Shown one piece after another: positions 31,824-41,007 of a stretch of DNA of 64,000 nucleotides. The notes beneath the pieces are model-generated. The model saw only the letters and a list, made by a program, of their open reading frames with translations, was not told the origin of the DNA and ran no database searches. This stretch comes from an uncultured Candidatus Rokubacteria bacterium (GTDB lineage: Bacteria; Methylomirabilota; Methylomirabilia; Rokubacteriales; CSP1-6). The stretch spans positions 1-64,000 of the forward strand of contig CAWBMV010000021.1 of NCBI GenBank assembly GCA_963789955.1. Reading direction: 5' to 3'. Positions within the stretch are counted from its first letter, which is position 1. Every line of letters begins with the position of its first letter. The position numbers and the translations under genes were made by a program.

Positions 31824-32920
31824 CTACTTGAGACCGGCTGCCTTCAAGTAAGGCTCGGCCTTCGCCGACCATTCGAAGAAAAGCTTCGAGCCGAATTCGT
31901 ACGTGTCCGGGTTGTTCGGGAAACGGCTTCGCCGTGGTGAAGTGCGCCAGCTCCGGAACTGACGGCGTGACGTCTCGCCGGATGAACGGCCCGCCCGGGT
32001 CGTCGGCCTGGATCTGCTGCGCCGGCTTCGTCAGCAGATAGTTCATGAACACCTTGGCGGCGTTCGGGTGGGGCGCCCCCTGCAGCAGGTTGATGCCACC
32101 CATCAGGAGCATCACGCCGTCTTCCGGCACCACGAGCCGGAACGGGTGGGGCTTGGGCAGCTTCCAGATGTCGGCGGCCCCGACCTGTGTGGGATGAATG
32201 AAGATGCCGTACTCGCCGCGCGCGACCTGCTTCGGCGCGTCGATCTCGGCCCGGGTCAGCGCCTTCACGTTGGCGATCACCTTTTTCAGATGCTCGTCAC
32301 CGTAGGCCTTCCACGCGTACGCGGCCCAGCGTGAGCCCGGCGACGGCCCGATCGGCTCTGAGAGCACGATGAGCCCCTTGTATTTCGGGTCCTCCAGATC
32401 CTTGTAGCTTCGCGGCCCCATCTCCGGCGGCACGAGCTTGTTGTTGACGAGGATGAAGTAGCCGCCGGCCGAGAAGTGCAAGCGTGTGACCGTTGCCCGC
32501 CTTCAGGTCCACGAGCGGGTCCACGATCCACGGGACGCCGGCCTCGACCGCTGCGGGCAGAGTCCCGAACGCTTGATCGAGGCCCCGCGCCGCGAGGCGG
32601 CGGTTCTCGGGACTGCCCGAGGAGCGCACGTCGATGCTCGGCTTGCCCGCGGCGCGCTCGGCGTTCCAGCGGGCTTCGAAATCACCGGTGCGGCCGGGCA
32701 CCAGCTCGACGCGGATGCCGTAGAGACGCTCGAACTCGCGGGCTTGTCGCTCTGTCGCCGCGCCGGGCGCGCCGAAAAAGGACCAGACGACCACGCCTTC
32801 CTTTTTGGCGGCCGCGACGGTCTCGTCCCACGTTTTCGTCTGTGCCATCGTCCCGGCGAACGGAAGGGCCAGGACAACCCCGAACACCACCAGCGCCAGC
32901 AGACGTCTCTGTGGCTTCAC
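31824..32920 (-). CDS. Fe3+/polyamine-type ABC substrate-binding protein (two frameshifts)
   Basis: Signal peptide, AAAKKEGVVVW, SYKDLEDPKYKG, APHPNAAKVFMNYLL. Confidence 0.85.
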
Positions 32921-32957
32921 CGTGTCTCCCCTTGTCGTGCGGCGACCGGCCGCGCGG

Positions 32958-34073
32958 TCACGCGTCGGCGGCCGTTGTTGACGCTACGGGTGCGTTGGCC
33001 ACGCCCGGATTGCGCCCGCCGGAATCTGCAGCTGCACCGTCGCGCCAGCCGAGAAGGAATCGGTCACCGGGCCCGAGGCGCGCACGTGCGCGGTGCCCGA
33101 GCTTGACGACATATTCGACCCGCTCGCCGAGGTACATCGTCGAAACGATCGTGCCTTGCCAGCTCCCATTGCCGTCGACCGCGCACACTCGGACGTCCGA
33201 CGATCGGAGCGCCAGCACCACGGCCTCGCCGTCGTGCCACGGCTGGTCCGTGGCCAGCGGGACCGATCGCAGGCCTTGCACGCCATCCAGCCGCGCGACG
33301 TAGGCGCCGTCCGGCGTCCGCACGACGCGCGCATCCACATGATCGACCTGACCGAGGAAGTCCATGACGAACCGTGTGCGCGGCTGCTCGTAGATCTGTC
33401 GGGGGCTGCCGTCCTGCGCGATGCGCCCAGCGTTCATCACGAAGACCCGGTCGGAAAGAATCATCGCCTCGGCCTGGTCGTGCGTGACGAAGAGCGTGGT
33501 GACGCCGACCCGCTTCTGCATCTCCTTCAGCTCGAGGCGCATGTCTTCGCGCAGACGCGCGTCGAGGTTGGAGAACGGCTCGTCGAGGAGCAGCACGTCC
33601 GGATCGGCCACCAGCGCGCGGCCGAGGGCCACTCGCTGCTGCTGCCCTCCCGAGAGCAACGGCGCGGGGCGGTCGTGAAAGCCCTCCAGACCGAGCGTCT
33701 GGAGCATCGCCATCACGCGCTCGCGGATTTCCGTCGAGGGCACGCGCCGCTCGCGCAGCGGGAACGCGACGTTCTCGAACACGCTCATGTGCGGCCAGAT
33801 CGCGTAGGTCTGAAAGACCATGCCCATCCGCCGCTTGTCCGGCGGCACGAACACGCCGCGCGCGGTCGACGTCAACACGCGCTCGCCCACGCGCACCTCG
33901 CCCGCGTCGGGTTTTTCGAGACCGGCGATGAGCCGGAGCGTGGTCGTCTTGCCGCACCCGCTGGGGCCGAGCAAGGTCACGAGCGAGCCGGCGGGCACCT
34001 CGAAGTCGATCGAATCGACCGCGAGTGTCTTGCCGAAGGCCTTGGCGAGGCCGGTCGCGCAGATGTCTTTCAT
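32958..34073 (-). CDS. ABC transporter ATP-binding protein (FbpC/PotA-like, TOBE domain)
   Basis: [40 protein letters not shown]. Confidence 0.93.
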   Translation of the reverse strand: MKDICATGLAKAFGKTLAVDSIDFEVPAGSLVTLLGPSGCGKTTTLRLIAGLEKPDAGEVRVGERVLTSTARGVFVPPDKRRMGMVFQTYAIWPHMSVFENVAFPLRERRVPSTEIRERVMAMLQTLGLEGFHDRPAPLLSGGQQQRVALGRALVADPDVLLLDEPFSNLDARLREDMRLELKEMQKRVGVTTLFVTHDQAEAMILSDRVFVMNAGRIAQDGSPRQIYEQPRTRFVMDFLGQVDHVDARVVRTPDGAYVARLDGVQGLRSVPLATDQPWHDGEAVVLALRSSDVRVCAVDGNGSWQGTIVSTMYLGERVEYVVKLGHRARARLGPGDRFLLGWRDGAAADSGGRNPGVANAPVASTTAADA

Positions 34074-34103
34074 GTCCCACGGAGCTGTCGCCGTGGCGAC
34101 CGC

Positions 34104-34132
34104 ACTATCATGCCGTCGGGGCGCCCAGTCAA
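34104..34132 (-). promoter_or_regulatory. Putative sigma70 promoter for the ABC operon
   Basis: Minus strand TTGACT-N17-GATAGT, about 30 nt upstream of ATG 34073. Confidence 0.4.
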
Positions 34133-35526
34133 GGTTGCGTCGTGGCTAGCGCTTCCCTGGCCTCGCGGAACCCGCGCATGCGTCGACGAAGCTCCTGCGC
34201 AAGCGCCGGGTTCGACGCGAAATGCAGATGAACGTAGCTCATCAGCGTCCGGTTGATGAGGTAGCCCTCGGACCGCGCCTCGCCGCGCGCCGGCCTGATC
34301 TGATAGACCCGCGCGATCGAGTCCGGAACCGGGTCCATCGACGAGTAGTGAAACTCGTGGCCCCGCGCGATCGTGCCGGCGCCCCCGAGTGGCGCGTTGG
34401 CGGCGAAGACGACCTCCGTGTATCCGAGGCTCAGGCGGCGCGGCCGCATGCGCACGGTGGTGGGGAGCAGGCCGACCATCGGGTGGGCGACGCCGTCGAG
34501 GTCCTCCAGCGCCTCCGCGAGGTACATCAGCCCGCCACACTCGGCGTAGATCGGCTTGCCGGCTCCGGCGAACTCGCGCACCGCTTTGCGGATAGCGACG
34601 TTGGCTCCAAGCGCCGCCGCATGCAGCTCCGGATATCCTCCCCCCAGGTAGAGCCCGTCGACGTGCGGGAGCGCGGTGTCGGTCTGGGGACTCCAGAAGA
34701 CCAGATCCGCGCCGGCCGCGCGGAGCAGATCGAGGTTCTCGGTGTAGTAGAACTGGAAGGCGGCATCGCGGGCGACGCCGATCCGAACGCGTGAGGCGGC
34801 GCGCACCGTCGGGGCGCCGCGAGCGGCGTCGCCCAGCGGAGCCGCGACCGCAAGCAGCCGATCCAGATCAACCGATCTTTCGACGATCTCCGCGAGCCGA
34901 CTCCGCAGCTCTTGTGTCAGCGGCCCTTCAGTCGCGGTGACCAGCCCGAGGTGACGCTCCGGCAACGCGACGCTCGCATCGTGTTTGATCGCCCCGACGG
35001 GCACGGCGCGGCAACCCGACGCGATCGCGTCGCACACCCACCTGGCATGGGTGTCGCCGCCGACGCGGTTGGCGATCACGGCGCCGACCCGCAGCTCCGG
35101 ATCGAAACGCTCGAAGCCCAGCACGACGGCCGCGGCACTCCGCGACTGGCTCGACACGTCAATCACGAGCACCACGGGCGCATCGAGCCACTTCGCGATC
35201 TGGGCCGTCGAGCCGTCCTCGCTCGTGCCGTCGACGCCGTCGAAGCAGCCCATCATGCCCTCGATCACGACCAGGTCGGCGTCGATCCCGTGCCGGGCGA
35301 CGGTTGCGCGCACCGCATCGCGACCGCACATCCACCCGTCGAGATTGTAGGAAGGACGCCCCGTGACCAGCGCATGGAACCCGGGATCGATGAAGTCGGG
35401 GCCGACCTTGAACGCCTGGACCGTGAGCCCGCGCCGCCGGAAGGCCTCGAGCAGACCGAGCGTTACGGTGGTCTTGCCCACTCCGCTCGAAACGCCGCCG
35501 ACGACGAGGACGCGTGGCACGTCCAA
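34129..35526 (-). CDS. cobB: Cobyrinate a,c-diamide synthase
   Basis: SGVGKTT, FKVGPDFIDP, IEGMMG, LPERHLGL, AFQFYY, GGGYPE, AECGGLMYL, GHEFHYS, YVHLHF. Confidence 0.93.
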   Translation of the reverse strand: MDVPRVLVVGGVSSGVGKTTVTLGLLEAFRRRGLTVQAFKVGPDFIDPGFHALVTGRPSYNLDGWMCGRDAVRATVARHGIDADLVVIEGMMGCFDGVDGTSEDGSTAQIAKWLDAPVVLVIDVSSQSRSAAAVVLGFERFDPELRVGAVIANRVGGDTHARWVCDAIASGCRAVPVGAIKHDASVALPERHLGLVTATEGPLTQELRSRLAEIVERSVDLDRLLAVAAPLGDAARGAPTVRAASRVRIGVARDAAFQFYYTENLDLLRAAGADLVFWSPQTDTALPHVDGLYLGGGYPELHAAALGANVAIRKAVREFAGAGKPIYAECGGLMYLAEALEDLDGVAHPMVGLLPTTVRMRPRRLSLGYTEVVFAANAPLGGAGTIARGHEFHYSSMDPVPDSIARVYQIRPARGEARSEGYLINRTLMSYVHLHFASNPALAQELRRRMRGFREAREALATTQP

Positions 35527-35538
35527 CTTTGCCCGCCG

Positions 35539-37105
35539 TCACCCCGCCGCGGAGCCGTGCTTTGAGGTGCTCGGCGGCACGCAAGGCTAGAGCGGCAATG
35601 GTGAGCGTGGGCGGGGCCGCCGACGCCGTCACGAAGCAGCCGCTGCCGACCAGATAGAGATTGTCGACGTCGTGCGCGCGCAAATTCGGATCGACGACGC
35701 TGGCGCGAAGATCGGTGCCCATGCGATGGGTGCCGATCTGGTGCGCGGCCGGTGATATGAAGGTGAACCCGATCCCCGTGGCGCCGGCCGCCTGGAGAAT
35801 CATCGTCGCAACGCGCCGGGCAGCCTCGAGACCGTCCAGATCATAGCGGCTGAGGCGATAGGCGATGTGGGGCGCCGGGTTGCCGAAATAGTCCTTCACG
35901 CGCGGATCCAGCGAGATCGCGTTGGACGGATCGGGGAGGTGCTCTCCGTAGATGCGAATGCCCAGACGGGTTCCGAACTCCGCGCGCACGTGCCGGGCCA
36001 ATGCGTCTCCCGTGAGTCCGCTGGACTGTGCGATCTCATCGGGCCGCGGGCCCGCCGAGTTGAGAAATTCCAGCATGAAGCCCGCCCGCGCCGATCGGGC
36101 GCGATCGACGGCGAATTGGCGGGACATCGCCGTGGAAAACCCGATGCGATAGGGATAGACGTTGTCGGCGACGCGTCCGATAGCGTCGATGGACGGTTGA
36201 GCCATGAACCGCGTGCCGACGAAGCCGCTGCGGTTGGCCAGACCGCCCGGGAAGCGCGGCGACGCCGACAGGAGCAGGAGCCGGGCGTTCTCGATGCCAC
36301 CGGCAGCGAGCACGAACAGGCTCGCGGTCAGGCGCCTTTCCATGCGGTCGGGGTGGACATAGGCCGCGCGGACGACACGTCCCGTATCGTCGATCTCCAG
36401 CCGTACCACGTTCGCCTCCGACACTACGCGGACGTTGCCGGTCGACTCCGCAGCCGGTATATGGGTCAGGTCGACGCTCGCCTTGGCGCCGGTTGGACAG
36501 ACGTGGCAGGTGGAGCAGGCTTGACAGCGCGGCCGTCCGTCATACGCAACGGAGTTGCGGGCCTGGGGCAAGTGGTGGAAGCCGATTCCGAGCGTTGAGC
36601 AGGCTCGGCCAAACCGGCTGTCGCTGTAGCTGAACGGAAACTCCGGCAGGGGGAACGCGGTGCTCCGCGGCGAGCCCCACGGCTCGTCGGCGGCGCCGGC
36701 CACGCCGAGCGCGACTTCGGCCCGCGTGTAGTACGGCTCCAGGTCGGCGTAGGTCAGCGGCCAGTCGTCACCGTGACCGTAGAGCGAGCGCAGCCGAAAA
36801 TCGTCGGCGTGCAGGCGTAGCGCGTAGCCCTCCCAGTGCAAGGTGCTGCCGCCAACGCCGCGCACGCGCCGGTCGTCCAGGGCGTACCCGAGTCGACCGC
36901 CCACGGTATAACGATCGTGACCGGGCAACGGACTCCGCCAGGGGTTCTCACGCCGCAAATAGGCACGCACGTAGCTCCCGCGCCGAACGAAATCGTGACG
37001 CGGCCCAGACTCGAGCACGACCACCTTCACACCCGCGCGGCCGAGCTCGAGCGCCATGATGCTGCCGGCGGCGCCAGCGCCGACGATGCAGACGTCAGTG
37101 TCCAT
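35539..37105 (-). CDS. GMC-family oxidoreductase (3' end uncertain; frame runs into cobB)
   Basis: IVGAGAAG, GVGGSTLHW, CQACSTCHVCP, HQIGTHRMG, PTLTIAALALR. Confidence 0.9.
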
Positions 37106-37662
37106 CAGGACTCGGGACGGGTGTAGCGAACGAGATCACCACAGCGCCCTGGAAACGTCTGGTAATCGACCGTGGCCCAGCCAGCCGCGGATCTCCAGTA
37201 CGCCGCGATGAGCTCGGGGCCGAGGCTCGTTCGGATGAATCGAGCAACGTCCGTCACGGGCTCCTCTGCGATCGCCCGAACATCGAGACGATGACGCGCG
37301 ATCATCGCGGCGCGGTCGCCGAGCTCCAGGCTCCCGAGCTCGCGGCCGGCGAGACGATCGAGCTGCTGGGCGGCACCGCGGTAGAGGCCGACACGGTCAG
37401 TGGCGCGACTGACAGTGTCGACGATGGCCTCGATCAGCGCCGCGCGGCCGTCGGCGGAAAGCGATCGACCGTCCACGACTACCTCGCCGAAGGCGAGGAG
37501 CGTGTCGAGCTCAGCTGCCGACAACGGTCGCGGCTCCGAGGCACGCGCTGCGGCCGGCAGCAGCGCTGCGACGGAAATGAGGCCCCGCACGAGCCGCCCC
37601 GACTCTGCGACCAGCAACCCGACGCCGGCCGCCGCTCGCCGCAGCCACCGGCGTCTGGTCAT
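37105..37662 (-). CDS. Tat-signal partner protein of the GMC enzyme (gluconate 2-dehydrogenase subunit 3-like)
   Basis: MTRRRWLR start and C-terminal YWRSAAGWATVDYQTFPG. TGATG overlap with the GMC gene. Confidence 0.6.
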   Translation of the reverse strand: MTRRRWLRRAAAGVGLLVAESGRLVRGLISVAALLPAAARASEPRPLSAAELDTLLAFGEVVVDGRSLSADGRAALIEAIVDTVSRATDRVGLYRGAAQQLDRLAGRELGSLELGDRAAMIARHRLDVRAIAEEPVTDVARFIRTSLGPELIAAYWRSAAGWATVDYQTFPGRCGDLVRYTRPES

Positions 37663-37699
37663 CGCCGCGATATCGGAGACGCGGCGACGGGCCTCGGGA

Positions 37700-38146
37700 C
37701 TAGCGGTTCGTCGTCGCCGCCGGCACGCACAGCAGTTGGATCGCTCCGAGGGCAACATGCTCGACGCCAGTCGCCGAGTTCACTTCCGTAAAGGGGTCAC
37801 GGACAGTAAACGGGAGCCGCGCGGGGTCGGCTCCGCTAACCGTATAACAGGCCACGGCGTTGCTCTCGCTTTCGAGAACAGGCGTCCCGGTTGACGGGCC
37901 GCTCTGTGTCACGCCAGTTGCCGGTAGATCGCAGAGCAGAACGAGCGCGTTGACTTTCACGACGTCGGTCGCGAAGTCATCGTGCACGCTGACGGTCTGG
38001 GGCTGATTCTGGCTGCCGTTCAGGATCAGGCGACACGTCGTGACTCTGCCCCCAGTTCCCATACCACCGCCCCCGTGGGCCGCCGGCAACGCGAAGACGA
38101 GACAGATGGTGGCGGCCAGAGTCGCCGCGGTAATGGTCTTGCTCAT
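37700..38146 (-). CDS. Hypothetical secreted protein with four Cys in the mature region
   Basis: Signal peptide ending PAAHG. GAGGAG SD. Confidence 0.6.
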   Translation of the reverse strand: MSKTITAATLAATICLVFALPAAHGGGGMGTGGRVTTCRLILNGSQNQPQTVSVHDDFATDVVKVNALVLLCDLPATGVTQSGPSTGTPVLESESNAVACYTVSGADPARLPFTVRDPFTEVNSATGVEHVALGAIQLLCVPAATTNR

Positions 38147-38191
38147 GATGTCGCTTCTCCTCGGTTCGATGGTTGTCGATCTCGTGACGCG

Positions 38192-40855
38192 CTACTTCAC
38201 CACGATGATGAAGTCCTGGGCCCGGATCTGGGTCGTCGGACACCCGGTGTTGAGGCAGCCGGCGCTCCGGAACGTGGCGCCCTCGAGGACGCCGTTGTTG
38301 CCGCCCAGCGGCAACGCGACCGCGGGGAACTGGCAGAGCAGGTCGAGCCGCCCCGGGGTGATGCTCACGGCGCTGCACGTCCCCCGATTCTGGCTGTTCA
38401 GCTTCACGCCGACTCCGTTGAGCGTGAGCGTCTCCCGGATGGTCTGGTCCACGGCGTTGAACGTGGCCGAGCTCAGGATCGCCACCTGGACGTTGGCATT
38501 GGCGCCCTTGCTCAGCACCTTCGGATTCGATCCGGGCTTGATGTCGATCGCGCAGCGGACGCTGGTGCTGCCGCATCCGAACGCATCGGGCGTTCCGTCC
38601 TTGTCGACATCCGCGGCGTCGAAGGACGCCTGCGCCTGTTGAGCGTCCTTGTCACGTAGCTCGGTGAGGTTCTCGGCGCGGGCGCCCGAGCCAAACTCGA
38701 GGCTGGCCCGTGCGTTGTACTGCAGATTCTGCCAGTCGTCGTAGCCGACGAGCGCCGTGCCGCTGCCGTCGCAGCCGGCGGCCAGATACTTGTTGACGTC
38801 CGATATGACCGTGCCGCTGACAGTACCGTCGTGATTCCAGTCGATCCCGGTCCCGAAATTCGTGCACTGCCCTGAGCCGGAGGTACAGAAGGTACCCAGC
38901 TGGGCGACCTGCATGGTGATGGTGGCGCTCGTGCTGTACGTCGTGCGGCTGCCGTTGATGAACGGGAAATTCGTGATGTCGCCGACGCCGCCGCCCTCCG
39001 ATAGCGCGCTCTCGTTCAGCGTCGGCTGGGCACCGCGCGAATAGTCGAGCGGACGCGGCGAGAGAAAGTCCGGCAGCTGCCGGCTGTAGTTCATGACGCT
39101 GTAGTAGTTCGGCTTGCAGTTGACGTTGTCGCCGCCCCCGTGGCGTAGGCCCAGGTTGTGCCCCAGCTCGTGCATGACGGTGCCGGCCTGCTCATCGCTG
39201 GTACCGCGCTGAAAGTATGGATTCGTAGGGTCGGTGGGCCCGAAGCCGGCCAGCGCGATGACGGCGTCGTCACCGGGCAACTCGGCGCAGCCCGAGGCCC
39301 CGGTCTCCACGAGGCTGTGGGCGAAGATCATGTAACGGAAGCCGTAGCGCTTGGCGAACGGCGTGTTGCCGTTGCCGCTGTTGCGCTCGGCGGCCGTGCC
39401 AAACCAGCTGGCCCGCAGCGTGTCGAAGTCGGCGTCGCTCGAGCCGGGCGCGCTCGTGCAGGGCACCAGCGCGGTCAAGGTGGTGTGGGGAATCGCGTCA
39501 TCGACCTGGAAGTGCACACGGATCCCGGTCGGCACGTCCACCGGTGCGGCGGCGAAGGCCGCCTGAACGTTGGCGAGCGCTTGAAGATCAGGCGGATGGC
39601 CTTGCGGGTGCGTCGCGTCGGCGGTCATGTAGTCGATCTCGACGAAGACGTCCTTGATCGTCGTGCTCGCGCACTCGGTGGCGACGTTGAAGCTGCCGTT
39701 GAGGTCGGAGTCGACACACAAGATCGCGTCGCGCACACCATCGCCGTTGAAATCGATCCCGGGCAGACCGTCGGTCCAACGAGCCCCGTCCTCCCAGCAG
39801 TCCCAAAGCCCGTCGCCGTCGGTATCCTTCGGCACCGCTGGGATACCGTTGATGGTGGTGCGGTAGGGATCGATCACGCCGAGCGGCGCGTCGGGGCAAG
39901 CAGCCGGCGCGAAGACCTTCGCGGTCGGCGGCAGCCCGCAGGTACCGCCGGGAACGCGGAACGCCTGCATCTGATTGGTCGGGACGATCTTCGACCACAT
40001 GGCGTCGACATTGGCGCCGGCGAACGTGACCGGGTCGCACTCGAGGTCGGTGAGCGCGCCGTTGCTGCTGAAGGCAACCGTGGCGTGATCGGGGAGCGCC
40101 GCGCCGGTGATCTTGTCCACTCGGAGGATGGAGGTGCTGTTGCTGCAGGCAACCTCCAGCACGCCGCCCACGACCGTGAGGCCCTTGACCAAGCAGCCCG
40201 CCGGGGCCGGAAAGCTCGCCGGGTTCTGCGAGGCGCCCAGCGTGTTGAAGTGAAAGATGGTCGTGCCCGTGCTCTGGTAGAGCGTCTTGTTACTCGCATC
40301 CCAGGCCAGGCCGGAGCAGCTCGCGGTACCGCTCGGCTTCGGCACGGCCGTCAGGGTGCCGTCGCCGGTCACGGTGAACACGCTGTAGTCGATCGAGTAC
40401 AGCTCGCCGTTGTCGCCGCAGCCGAAGAGCACCCCGCGATCCGGCGCGAGGACGAGGCCCGCCCAGCCGTTGCCCGGCGCATACGCCTTGCCGCTCTTCG
40501 TGGTTTGGATCGTTGTGACGACGGCGCCGTTGGTCGGGCTGAGAAAGTAGAGGACCGAGCGGTCAGAAGCCTTCGGCGCGAAGCAGCTGGTGACGAGCAG
40601 CAGCGGCTGCCCGTTGATCACGCTCTGAGCAACGTTCAGCTTCGACGTCTGCACCAGCGCGAGCGCAGGCCCGACGGTCGGGCAGTTCGCCGCCGGAATC
40701 CCGACGGGAACGGTGCGAAGGACGGCCCCCGCGAATGTGTCGTCGGCGGTCGCTGCGAGCGCCGCGTCTGCAATGAAGACCGTGACCAACAAGAGGGCGA
40801 GCGCGCCAAGCAACAGACGACTCGCGCGCCGTGAACAATGCTCGATGATGTGCAT
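38192..40855 (-). CDS. Large secreted zinc metalloprotease (metzincin) with N-terminal beta-rich domain
   Basis: Signal peptide, MHELGHNLGLRHGG (HExxHxxGxxH), Met-turn SVMNY, and several DxDxDG Ca-binding-like motifs. Confidence 0.8.
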   Translation of the reverse strand: MHIIEHCSRRASRLLLGALALLLVTVFIADAALAATADDTFAGAVLRTVPVGIPAANCPTVGPALALVQTSKLNVAQSVINGQPLLLVTSCFAPKASDRSVLYFLSPTNGAVVTTIQTTKSGKAYAPGNGWAGLVLAPDRGVLFGCGDNGELYSIDYSVFTVTGDGTLTAVPKPSGTASCSGLAWDASNKTLYQSTGTTIFHFNTLGASQNPASFPAPAGCLVKGLTVVGGVLEVACSNSTSILRVDKITGAALPDHATVAFSSNGALTDLECDPVTFAGANVDAMWSKIVPTNQMQAFRVPGGTCGLPPTAKVFAPAACPDAPLGVIDPYRTTINGIPAVPKDTDGDGLWDCWEDGARWTDGLPGIDFNGDGVRDAILCVDSDLNGSFNVATECASTTIKDVFVEIDYMTADATHPQGHPPDLQALANVQAAFAAAPVDVPTGIRVHFQVDDAIPHTTLTALVPCTSAPGSSDADFDTLRASWFGTAAERNSGNGNTPFAKRYGFRYMIFAHSLVETGASGCAELPGDDAVIALAGFGPTDPTNPYFQRGTSDEQAGTVMHELGHNLGLRHGGGDNVNCKPNYYSVMNYSRQLPDFLSPRPLDYSRGAQPTLNESALSEGGGVGDITNFPFINGSRTTYSTSATITMQVAQLGTFCTSGSGQCTNFGTGIDWNHDGTVSGTVISDVNKYLAAGCDGSGTALVGYDDWQNLQYNARASLEFGSGARAENLTELRDKDAQQAQASFDAADVDKDGTPDAFGCGSTSVRCAIDIKPGSNPKVLSKGANANVQVAILSSATFNAVDQTIRETLTLNGVGVKLNSQNRGTCSAVSITPGRLDLLCQFPAVALPLGGNNGVLEGATFRSAGCLNTGCPTTQIRAQDFIIVVK

Positions 40856-41007
40856 AGGTCTCCTCAGTAGCCGCAACGCCGATCCATCTCCGTTCGTTCC
40901 CGAATGAACCGCGAAGGCATCGTAGGATCCGATCGCGAGACTGTCAACGATAGCTCACGCCAATCGCCGCGGGCCGTCAAAAAATACGGCCAGAGCGCGC
41001 ACCACGA

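Noticed and set aside
35159..35540. C-terminal extension of the GMC ORF overlapping cobB
   Set aside because: The extension is an Arg-rich off-frame translation of cobB. A nearby TGA at 35539-35541 in another frame suggests an indel.
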